This document shows positions 1 through 12,100 of a stretch of DNA of 64,000 nt, one piece after another. The position numbers and the translations under genes are program-made. Numbering within the stretch: position 1 is the first letter of the stretch; each line of letters starts with the position of its first letter. The stretch is from Bugula neritina (lineage: Eukaryota; Animalia; Bryozoa), in contig OZ037772.1 in NCBI GenBank assembly GCA_964035545.1, positions 12,212,818-12,276,817 on the forward strand, read 5' to 3'. The notes beneath the pieces are model-generated. The model did no database searches. It was not told the origin of the DNA and saw only the letters and a program-made list of their open reading frames with translations.

Positions 1-1037
1 CCTGAGCGCTGAGTTTCTGTGAGGCTTCTGTTTTGTTGTACGTACCAATATACCTGCAGTCATAGCAACAGCTACCATGACAACAGTTACCGTGGGGACA
101 GTTACGTCAACAACATGGTTGCCATAGCAGCAGGAGTTTGGTAATAAGATACATTCACATTTGGCAACAGCAATTGAATGCTGAGAGACCTAAAGTACTC
201 AGCCCGAAGTGTGCGATGAATAACGTACCAGGGATAGTCGCTTAGTCTGGGACTGTTCACATAGAGCGGGCTGCCGTGGTGACTCTAAAACAGGAGGTAC
301 ACAGGCTAAAGTGATGTGGGCTGTACTGTGAAGACGTGTTCAGATAGTAGATACTAAAGTGATGTGGGCTGTACTGTGACGACATGTTTAGATAGATATT
401 AAAGTGATGTGGGCTGTACTGTGAGGACGTGTTTAGATAGTAGATACTAAAGCTACTCACCGAGAGGGAGCTGGAATTTCTGGATACAGTGCTAGGCTTG
501 CTGAAGCCATTAAGCATGGACTGCAATAAAAGATAGCTTTAATACTGCATGGTCACACTACACGCATTGCCATACATCATTTAGGTGGTCATAGCTTTAC
601 TACTGAATGGTTATAAACAGTATATAAGTTGACTACTGAACGGTAACAAAACAGCATATAAGGTCACTACTGAGTGGTAACACGCTTACCCCCTGTCTAG
701 CCAGTTTCTCGACGTATGTTGCGGGGAAGTAACCATGATGACCCCCGCGTGACCCCATCCACCAGTCCTGGTCATCTGTGTTCTCCACCTCCAGCGTGTC
801 ATCTGCAAACCAGAGCAGGCAAGAGATCACATCTGGTGACACTCACACACTTACCCTGTGAAAACTTGAAACTCGCACAATTACCCTGTGAAAACTCGAG
901 ACTCGCACACTTACCCTGTGAGAACTTCAGACTAGGCCGACCAAGGGGTGGAGGAGGCAACCCCTGATATGCATATTTAGCTTTGTACCGGATGCCGTGT
1001 ATCGAATGTGCCCCCTGACGCCTCGAACCACTTGACG
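1..1037 (-). CDS. VAV: Vav-A N-SH3, linker and start of SH2 (exons 18-22)
   Basis: YKAKYAYQGLPPPPLGRPSLKFSQ/DDTLEV...DWWMG...GYFPATYV; SDYPWYIGTYNKTEASQKL. Confidence 0.88.
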
Positions 1038-3092
1038 CTACAAAGCAGACGGAAAACAAAGAAATTATACACATTCGAGTGGATATTATCAGTATTAGGG
1101 AAATGTGGGAGTAACAATTACTATAAGTTTTAAACCCGAGTTCCATTCAAGGCAAGCGTAGCTGTCCGTAGCGGACCACTAGTGACAGGAAGTTGAGTTC
1201 CTTAGCCTTCAACAAAGCGAAATTTTACAAACTCATGTGAGAATTTGTTACAGCAACACACGATTGGATTGACAACAGCACATGAGTTTATATATCTCTT
1301 CAAGAGAGAAGATAACTCTTGTGTGCATATAATTAGTATATGAATGGTAGAACTTTCAAGTTAGGCAGATGATTATCAGTTATCAAAGCAGTGTGAGATG
1401 AGTAAGCAGGCGTTAGCATAGCCCTCTATTCAAGCCGCTGCAGAAGTTCATCATGCAGAATAATCATGTGAGTGAGTCAGAGAAAGTTAGAGAGACTGAG
1501 TGAGTGGGTGAGAGTCAGAGTGAGTTAGAGAGACTGAGTTAGAAAGAGTTAGTGAGTGTGTGAGTTATAAAGAGTGAGTGAGTGTGAGAGTCAGACTGAG
1601 TTAAAGAGACTGAGTTAGAAAGAGTTAGTGAGTGTGTGAGTTAGAAAGAGTGAGTGAGTGTGTGTGGGAGTCGGAGTGAGTTAGTTAGAGTGAGTGTGTG
1701 AGAGAGTGAATTAGAAAGTAAGGAGTTAAAGAGAGTCATTTAGTGAGTTAGTAGGCGAGTGACTGAGAGAGATTAGAAGATGCAAGAGATGGCGAGACGT
1801 CATTCAGATGAGTAAATCATTCAGAGAGAGAGGATAACTTACATAGACGAGCACTTCGTGTTGAGGAGAGGTTGGGTCTGGCTAGAGAGCAGAATGGCAA
1901 CAGACATTAACATTCGTATATCTATACATCTTATACCTATACATCTTATACCTATACATCTTATACCTATACATCTTATACCTATATCTATGTACCTATA
2001 TCTATATACCTATATCTATGTATCTATACATCTTATACCTATATCTATATTCTATATACCTATACATCTTATACCTATATCTATATATCTATACATCTTA
2101 TACCTATACATCTTATACCTATACATCTTATACCTATATCTATATACCTATACATCTTATACCTATATCTATATACCTATACATCTTATACCTATATCTA
2201 TATATCTATACATCTTATACCTATACATCTTATACCTATACATCTTATACCTATATCTATATACCTATACATCTTATACCTATATCTATATACCTATACA
2301 TCTTATACCTATATGTATATATCTATACATCTTATACCTATATCTATATACCTATATCTATATACCTATATCTATGTATCTATACATCTTATACCTATAT
2401 CTATGTACCTATACATCTTATACCTATATCTATATATCTATACACCTTATACCTATATTCTATAAACAGAAAATGATTTAAAAAAAGGAAAATTGGGAGG
2501 GTTTAGCACTTTATTTAGACAAGCTTTGAAATTACTGAGGTCAAGGCCAAATCTCACCTTTATTGTCGACTAATTTCTTTATACAATGTTTGTGGGCTTT
2601 TGCTTTCTTATCTGCAAAATAAATTTTAGAAAGGTGAAGATAATCTCATACAAGTATATGAACACAGACTACAAACAGGTGGAGATGACTACTTATTGTA
2701 TAAACTTGATATAATAGGGAGAATTCAGGGAAGTGAAGGTCATTTAGTCAACTGACTCGAACACTTTTACTGACCATATAAGGTGTGACAGTTTGTCTGA
2801 GCTGACATGGGCCAATCACACGTTATATAACATGCAATTAACCAATCAGAGAGCAAGCAACACTGTCTTTAGACACTCACTTGAGCATAGGTAGCCTTGG
2901 TAGAAACAGCCTGCTAGTAGCTTCTCACAGGCATCACACTCGGTAGGCTGAGTAAAAGTGTGCATAATAAAGTCATAGCCGTTGTCTTTAGAGAACTCGG
3001 GGGTGTAGTTGTCCCTGCAAACAGCGAAAAAGAGAAAGTAGGCTAAGCTTTAGGGCCATCAGTCTAATGCATTTCACCAATGTTACTGGCTA

Positions 3093-3132
<40 letters not shown>

Positions 3133-6100
3133 GCTAGTACTACTACTACTACTGCTACTGCTACTACTACTACTACTACTACTGCTACTACTGCTACTAC
3201 TGCTGCTACTACTACTACTACTACTAGTAGTACTACTAGTACTGCTACAACTATTACTAGTGCTACCACAATTACTAGTGATTCACTTACATGGCCATGT
3301 TGATAGAGTCTATCCATTTTTTCTTGATTTCTTCGTTTTTACTGAAGAAAGTTATTGCAGTCTTATTCTCTTTTTCAACGAGCATAAATGAGTGTCTCCA
3401 TTGCTAACAACACACAGCAGCAGCTATTAAAGGCAAGGTAACATAACTCCCAATACAAATAGTGTAAAATATATCAGTTCAATATTGACATATAAAAGTC
3501 AGACAGGCATTTCTACTCCTACAACAACACAATCAGCGTAGACGAGGACTGTTAGCTGCTAACTATGTTCACATGGTGAATGTTAGGATAGAAAGAAGCA
3601 TGCTTAGCTCACAGGCTACTGGTACACAGGCTACACGGTACGCTGTTAGTATGACAATGTATATGCTCACTAGACACGCCCACTAGAGCTTAGACACGCC
3701 CATTTCAAGATGCCTTACGACTACTTGGACATTCATTCACACACATGCCCACACATAACGCCCACAGTGGCCACGCCCACAAATGATGCACACAATAGTC
3801 ACGCCCACAGAGACCACACCCACAGTAGTCACGCCTACAGAGACCCCACCCACAGTTGCCACGCCCACTTCACGCTGCCACCACACTAGATAGAGTTACT
3901 ATATAAGAATCGAGGGGCAGCAAATGCTCTCTTGAATACAAATCAACAAAATCTAATAAATCTGTGTTAAAGCGCAGATAATAAATTGGGAGGCATTAGC
4001 TGTTGGCAGAAGCTGCAATATTATTGGGTTACTGTAGATGAGAGGACCAATAAGATAGTAGAACACAACACGGACATACGAGCAGGTGTATGAATTTAGT
4101 AAACATTACATGATATCTACTGCATATCTGGACTTGCCTGAAACAGTGTAAACAGAACACAGCACTGAGTACGTAGTAGTATGTAGAGACATGATACTTT
4201 GCTCAAACCCAGCAGATCGCTGACCTATTTACTACTCGCTGACCTAGTTATTTCGTGCTGACCTAGTTACTCCTTGCTGACCTATTTACTACTCGCTGAC
4301 CTATTTATTTCATGTTGACCTAGTTACTACTTGCTGACCTATTTACTTACACCAGGTTTTCGACTAAAAAAAAATGAAGATATTTTCAATTTTGAACCAT
4401 AGGCTCTTTGCTAACTCGGTTGGTAAACTTGCCACAAGAACCTGGATCTCCGCTTTTTTAGTAACTAATGACTGCCTGCACTCTAGCTTCTATTCTATTG
4501 AGTTGTGTTCACCACAAACTGAGAGACAGTAGGAGCATATGAAAACTTTAATTTGAAATTAATGTGAGAGGCCGGCTGGGTTTGAGCTAACAACAGACTA
4601 TATACAATCTAATAGGTTGATGAGACCGTTACCTTAGCTGCAGTGGCATGAAGCTGAAAAGTGAGACACGACACACTACGGTTTCTGTAAGGTCAAGATG
4701 CCACAGTGTCACAGTGCTGAATAGGTGGATATAAAATAGCATGCTTACCAATACCTTTATGGGTCCCCCGGGCACGTCCTCTAACTTGTAGTTGTGGAGA
4801 ACTAAGGCGTTTTTGTATGAGTAAGTTTCACCCTGAAATCACACAAAATAATAGACTTGTGGCTAAACATCTTGTAAACCAATGCATCTCAACATGCAAT
4901 ACATCCAGTCTAAATGGTTTAGCTGCACAAGGGGGCGAGTGACACACCGACATCTAGCACTCCACTGTAATATACAGCATGCTGTTTAGTCCACAGTCTA
5001 ACCTAGATTATTCTCAGCCCACTACCAGTCAGTAAACTGGGGGGACAACTTCTGCTATATATTCTGTGAGAACTAGACTCATGCTCGGACCACAGACTAT
5101 CCTCTGAGGGTCAACACTAACATGCTCAGAACTCGAGAAGGAATTCTCACAAACATTTCTAATAAAAGGATTACCAGTTTAAGTTAACAAGTGTGTGTCA
5201 CGTACAGGAAATGCCTCTGGAATCTCGACAAAAGGAAAAATCCGTTCGTCAATCTGCATGTTGTTTGAAAAACCATTCTATTCTTGAAAGTGGTATGGGA
5301 AGTTATTCATCATCCATGTAAAACAACTGACGATCACAACGAGAGGAGATAACCCTTAACTCGATGCACTAAATTTCTATCGCAACTTGTAATATTAAGT
5401 TATGAGACAAAAACATTAAACAAGCAAATGATAGAGTTGAGCTGTCACCTGAACTACTGCTAACACTGAGCTAACACCATGCATACTAAACACAACACAG
5501 AGTACAATACTGCAGGCATACCAAACAACACAGCGCTACAATATCAAGATGGATGAATAGGATGTGAAGAGCACAATGAGCTAACCAATGAGAGGCGATG
5601 ACACTACCAAATGGCGAATCAGTTTATGTTTGACAATGCCGAGAACGCCGTTGCTAATTTGGCCATTGTTTTGTAACTAATTATAATAAGATGATAGATG
5701 GTACAGAGTCTGTTGTCTCGGCTGTCTTTCTGACCCTCAAAAGGTTATAGAGAGAGGAGACTGTGACTGGCTAAAGGTGAAGGTCAAACAGCCGACTAAT
5801 CATAGTTTAAGATAGTGACAAGGATTGAGTGACGCCCATAGTGGATGAGAAAATGAGAGAAATTAGGAGATCATGCATTGCAGAGAGGAGCGAAACAGGA
5901 AGTGGTGAAATGTTCAAGGTCGTGTTGAAAGCCAGGCATACAAATGCTAACTACACGCGATAAGTGGCTGAGTCTTACCCACAATAGGAAGTCCATGATC
6001 TAACACACACATAAATAATCTTAGCAGGGACAACCTACCTATTCTAAACTAGGATGAAATGGCTTTATAAACCATTTTATAGGGAAATTCAAGTTGAATT

Positions 6101-9100
6101 CACTTTTTCTAACACCCATTGTGCAGAAACTGAGAGCACACAGGGAATTTACCACTTTACATGCTTTCTAATGCTTGAAATTAGTCTTTAGTAATTGTGA
6201 CTAAAACCTCAACACTGCAATTGCTCCACTGGGAGTTGTCCTAACCCATATGACCGTGTGACAAATCATGTGACATGTAACATGTGACATGTAACTCAAA
6301 GCTCTCGCTTTTTTAATAACTAAAGTATTGCAATAAATAAATGAATGTTGACTTAAGGCCTGGCCACACACTCGTGAGAATCACACGAAATCGTCTATTT
6401 TACACAAGAACACAAGACGTACGATCAAATTTGAGAGAATTCATACGAAATCGTGTTCGCTGGGTGCACCCACCAAAGACGATGGACGAAAGAGCTTGAT
6501 TGACGATAAGCACCACTTGATTGGTCAATAGAATTTTAGCAACAGGGATTATTTCAGTTCTACCACGTTTCTGTGTCTGGCAATCAGCTGCTGTTTTTAT
6601 CTCGTGCAAGACTCATTCACAGACTGTGTTTTGTCCGACGAAGGTGCAGCTGGTAATAAGAGAGGATAACTCTCGAAAATATTCACACAGATTTTGTATG
6701 ATTTTCACGAGTGTGTGGCCAGGCCTTTAAAGATATTTTGTGAACATTTCCGGCTCGCTATATTATAAAAAAGATTTTTAGAGCTATGTGTGTTATACAA
6801 TATATCAGACTCAGATATTTACATAGAATATTGTATACAGAACAAATGTAAAGCGTAATGTAGTATAATACGATGCACATCCTGTGTGATGTACTATATA
6901 ATACGATACGATATAACACGCAATACAACACAACAAGGTGTGTCGTACGGTATTATGATGCATACTATGACATGAACACTCACCCTGGACTTGCACATCA
7001 GCATGACTTTGTCAAACAAGAAGATGTACCTGAAAGAGAGAAGACAACTACTTGAGGTGTGTATCATTTTAGTTCTCATAGAAGAAGACGAATCCTTTAT
7101 TTTATTATTTTGCTAATAAGATGGTCCTTTTTACTTTATTATCACTGAATACGCTATTTTCACAAGAAGACTGCATGGAGCTAAACAAGTAGTTGCAAAC
7201 AATTCCCCTATTAATCATCTGCCAGGTTTAGATAACAAGACTTAAAGTTCACCTTCTCAGCTCTCTGTTGTCGTCGTGAAACCTCACTTTGAGCTCTCCA
7301 TCTTTCAGCAGATGCCCGTAGTCTTCTAGCCGCGTTCCCTGAGGCTACAAAACATAACGAAGGTCAAGGTCAAGGTGAATGATATGTCTGCCGGGACTGA
7401 ATGTAGTGCAGCTAGAAACAGGAGATAGCCTCAGAGCTATCCTTGCAACTTGAATAAAGCTCACTAAGGTGTAAGATAACAAGGTAAACTAGGCAAGTAA
7501 TGGTAAGAAACAGGAGGGGGGCACAGAGGCACCCCACCCAATAACAGGCTCACCATAGAGAGATCTTCTATACTCTGTTCTATCATAGTGATAGTATCTA
7601 AGGACTCTCTGTCTCTTTTCACCTCATTCACATAGTACGCTATGTCTTGCATCACGTCTATTGCCTTCTCTATGTCTTTCATTGGTGGAGAGCCTATCTC
7701 AAATATCTTGTCTTTCCCGAGGTTCTTCTTCAGCTCCTGGAGGAAACAAACACAAATGTTTCTATTGAGAATCAACAGTTGACGTTCATTGGAATATTTT
7801 TAATTTTTTATCTCTGTGTAGCACCTGTCAAGCACCTGTGTAACACTTTGCTGTAGTTTATGGAAAACAACTAGTAAATTTAGAAGTAACTAAAACTAAT
7901 ATTATACTTTTTAAAAAAGCTCTTTTTCTATAAATTCAGCTGACAACAATAAAGATCATGAAAATATTGCCGCTACTGATAGGACCTGGTGTAACGTTAG
8001 CTTAAAACCTTAAAACAACCTCATAAACCGAGTGGAGGCGTTGCCCTTTTCAACTGCAAGAAAGAAATTACTCTAACTTGATTTTTAATAAGAATTACTC
8101 AAGTGATTGAAAAGGTATTTCTTATGCTACAATTCCCAGCTTCCAATTATGCGAATGGATTTTTCATTTGGTGTTTGGAAACAGTAGCATTGAATGAAAG
8201 CACAACTACAAGTTCACCCGTAAGAGCATCACATAACACAAAGTCATAACGCGAGGTAATGGGAACTCAGTGCTAGTACTATAAGCCGAACCTGGAGTAG
8301 TAGACTGTACTTCATGATCCTCTGCATGGGAACCATCAGCAAATCTCTCAGCTTGAACTTGCCGCCATTGGCTTGCTGCTCACAATCCTACAATCCAGCC
8401 AATAGAATTCAACGTAGCACACAACCATCCAATAGCGTAGCTTGTACCACTTTTCACTGAACGAGACGTACACAATATATGATGACATCACGCTGTTTGT
8501 ACACTTACCGCTAAACTGTGCTTCACGACGTCATTCTTCTTCATGATGTCATCAACCTTACTCTGCGCTGCCGGCAGCCCGGCGCAGTACTCAGCGTAGA
8601 GGACGAGTCGCTTCTTAGCTTTGACAAAGATTGAGGCAATGTCGGTAATGGCGTCTCTCTCTATGACGCCCTCCAAGTCCGAGCAGAGTTCTCTGTGTAC
8701 TGCGTACAATTCCTAGACCAGGGAAAACAACTCCAAATACTAGTAACTCTAGGAAGACTGAATAATGGCTAAGGCTTGCAAAGAACGGATTCATTTTAAT
8801 TGTTTTAATAAAAGGAGACACAACTTCAAAAAATGCAAATTACTACTTTTTAAAACACAAGAAGCAACCGCCGTGGTAAAAATTTAACCTAAAGCATAGT
8901 TGGATCTTCACAGGCTAGAGCGTTTGCCTGGTTAACGCGAAGGTCATGGGTTCGAGCCCCGGCAAAGGTCATTGGTGATGTTAGGAAGAGCATCCAGCCA
9001 TAATTGCTCCTGAGTCCTATTTAAATAAGTCCTTAGCCTGCTTCAACAAAAACCCTTCCATCAGGGGTTTTCCCACAATGATGGTGACTATAAACTTGTA

Positions 9101-12100
9101 GGATTCTAACAGAACTCGGTAGAAGTTACCTCCCCCCGACCGTCTTCCTACTCACCTCTATGTTGATGAATATAGCTTTGATAGTTTCCCTGTTCATTAG
9201 TCCAGCCTGCATGTTCTTGATGAACTTTTCCGACACTGTCCGCAACACTTGCACGTAATTCTCCTCCGTTTCTATGGCAACACACAGACTAGTCTCAGAA
9301 AAGGAGACAACTTCCAAATGCAACATAGTAATAATTCATTTGACGACATTCATACAAACGACGTTTCAAATGAGATGCATAAAGGAAAAGTGGTTTCAAT
9401 TAACACTGACTCATTAAGGAATAAACAGTAAATATGGCCAAATAAAACCTCCCGTAGATTATCGACACAACTTAGCGAACTGAGAGATGATGCGATTGGC
9501 CATTTCATGACCAACTGACTGGTATTTTACTCTGCAGAAGAGTACTCCCCCATCACTCGTACCGACCAATCACATCTCACTTAACAGCCAACTAGCCAAT
9601 AAGAGACACAGCTTGGTGCCTTGACCAATCAGCTGCCCGGTTACTAACCTATCAATTCCTCTATGCAGAACTGACTCAGAGTCTTCTTGTGGGACTGACT
9701 CATCTGCAACATTACAATAAATATTACACAGGAGTTATACTCTCTGGGAATGTGTGTGTACCTCCAAATACGGAAATTCAAAATATGTACATAGAAAGAA
9801 TAGATGAAAGTTGACATTGACGTTGTGCAGAGCACAACGGCAGCTGCTTATAAATGGTATTGAGACTGGAGAATGTGACAGTTGCTGTAACTATTGTACC
9901 TACACAATGCTACTTCTATCACATTTGGTTTTCAACCACCGTGACTGGGCAATACTTATCACACTAGTGAGTTACTTGCTATTGATTGTGTTGTCATGCA
10001 AAGGTGCAGTTACCTCCAACTTACTGTGACCAAGCAATACCGCACTTACCACAGATGCTCTGTTCTTCTTAATACTGCAGAGGTCCTCGTATATCTTATC
10101 CCCCTCATCGTCCTCTCGGGATATCGGCCCATAGATGTCTTCATCAGGCATCTCCCTGCAAACACACCGTTTGATGGAGTCTGTATCTTGCACATCTTAT
10201 ATTAAATTATTATCTAATTTAGTAGAACAGAGAAGATTGCGGATGTTATCTCCTCCGACAAACAAATAACTTTGACATTGTATCAAGAAAAAGCTGCAGG
10301 GCATGCTAGTTTGCCGAGATTCAGTAAATTTAAAAGCTACTGCTTTGGTTTTTTATAATAATTTAACTTAGAACTGAAGAATTCAAATTTATTTTACAAA
10401 GATAATTCTATTAATGCTCAAAATTTTGAAAATTTTGGGAGATTAGCAAAAAAATGCAAGAGAGAAAATCAACAAAAATTATATCATATTATCATTATTA
10501 TATGCGTAATATTATAGGCCATAGGGTATCTTGTAATTATGTTTTAGGATTTACTAATGCTAATATCATATTGAAAAAATAGTTTTCAATTTTGATTTCA
10601 ATTTAACACAAGAAGTTTTCAATAGGTGCTTATCTCAGTAATTGCGTTTACTAGCGACCTTGCAGAGTGACCCATAAACTTTGGGGGACACAACTCCGAT
10701 AGTTCTGAACTCGGTTACTATTAAAACTACGATTATTACTCAAACACAGAGACATAGGCATGCACAGTTTCACCGTAGAAACAAATAGGGTTGGGAGACA
10801 CTGAAGGTGAAGACGACTTACGACAAGTTCAAATCTTCGAGGTTTTTGTATATATCATCTTCTTGATGTTGAAACCCTCTGCAAAAACACAATAGCCTCA
10901 GTTTCAACAGCAGAATACTTCTTTCCTTTGTTCAGAGAAAATTATAGCCTCAGTTCTATCAGCGAAACGCATTCAGAAAAAAAACTGGTTGGAAGTCAAG
11001 AGAAAACCGATAGTAATACATAAACTTGGCAGTTTGAAAACATTATGTTACCATAGCAACTAGCAATACAAGCAGAGGGTAGACTCACGCTATTCTGTTG
11101 TGACGGACTGCAATTTCGCTGCGAGAGAGAGTGGAGAGAGTGTTCATCACCTGCAACATGATACCACTATGTTATTCTTATTCGTTACTTTTATTTGTCG
11201 ATTGGTAACATTGCAGGGAATAACTACGAGTATACAATACTACTCAGAACTGGCTGGTGTTAGGATGTGATGATACAGACATTGAGGTAAGAGAGAATAG
11301 GAGAGGGACATAAGACTGTCTGTCTGTGTGTTTGTCTGCCACTCTAGACAGGTTACACCAAGTATTTTTGACATTTGTGTGTAAGTGAACTATGCACCGG
11401 CCAGTTTCATTGCAACAAGGAAGTTTAACTGTTAACACAGCATGAGAGAGTCACCTGATTGGCTTAGATTACAGCAACAATCACCACTTATGTTTGTTTA
11501 CGGTCAAATATGGGACACTAAATAATCACATCTACAGCTGGGTTTAGCAGCAAGAGCTGGGTCTAAATACCAGAGTGTTGCCTGGTTCGTTGTTTATGTC
11601 AACATGACTACGTTGAGTAGTGGTTGAACCAGCCAATCACAGGACTCCCTGACATACAAGGAAACTACAGTTGCTAGTTGCTGTAAGTCACTGATAAACA
11701 GCACTTAAAATTGACCTTTGCCTGCTGACTACGAGGAAGTTCTAAAGAAAGCTGCCATTGTCGTACAGCAGTTTGTAACTGTTAGATATTTAAACCCAAC
11801 CACCAAAAAGGTCAACCAGTGCTGCTCAAGGTCACCTCCATTTAGACATGACATCAATACACATTGAAACCGCTGCTCTTTACAGAAGGGCAATACAATG
11901 ACAACTCTAGAACCATGCTTACCATCCTAAGAACTCTATTCTTTATTGTTTGTGATAAATTTATTGTTATATAAAACAGTCAATTATGGTACTATATACT
12001 TTATTATTATATTGCATATTTAATTGTTTCACCATATATTGAATAATTAACTTGAAACCCACATCTGTTCAGCTAATAAATAGTTTTTCTGTTTGAACTG

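Noticed and set aside
1858-2481. Tyr/Ile-rich ORFs
   Set aside because: Translation of an intronic minisatellite antisense to Vav-A
3067-3391. Poly-Thr, poly-Leu and poly-Val ORFs
   Set aside because: (ACT)n microsatellite; the real exon is 3291-3403 on the minus strand
8905-8965. tRNA gene
   Set aside because: B-box present but no complete cloverleaf; continues into a SINE body shared with 31833-32038
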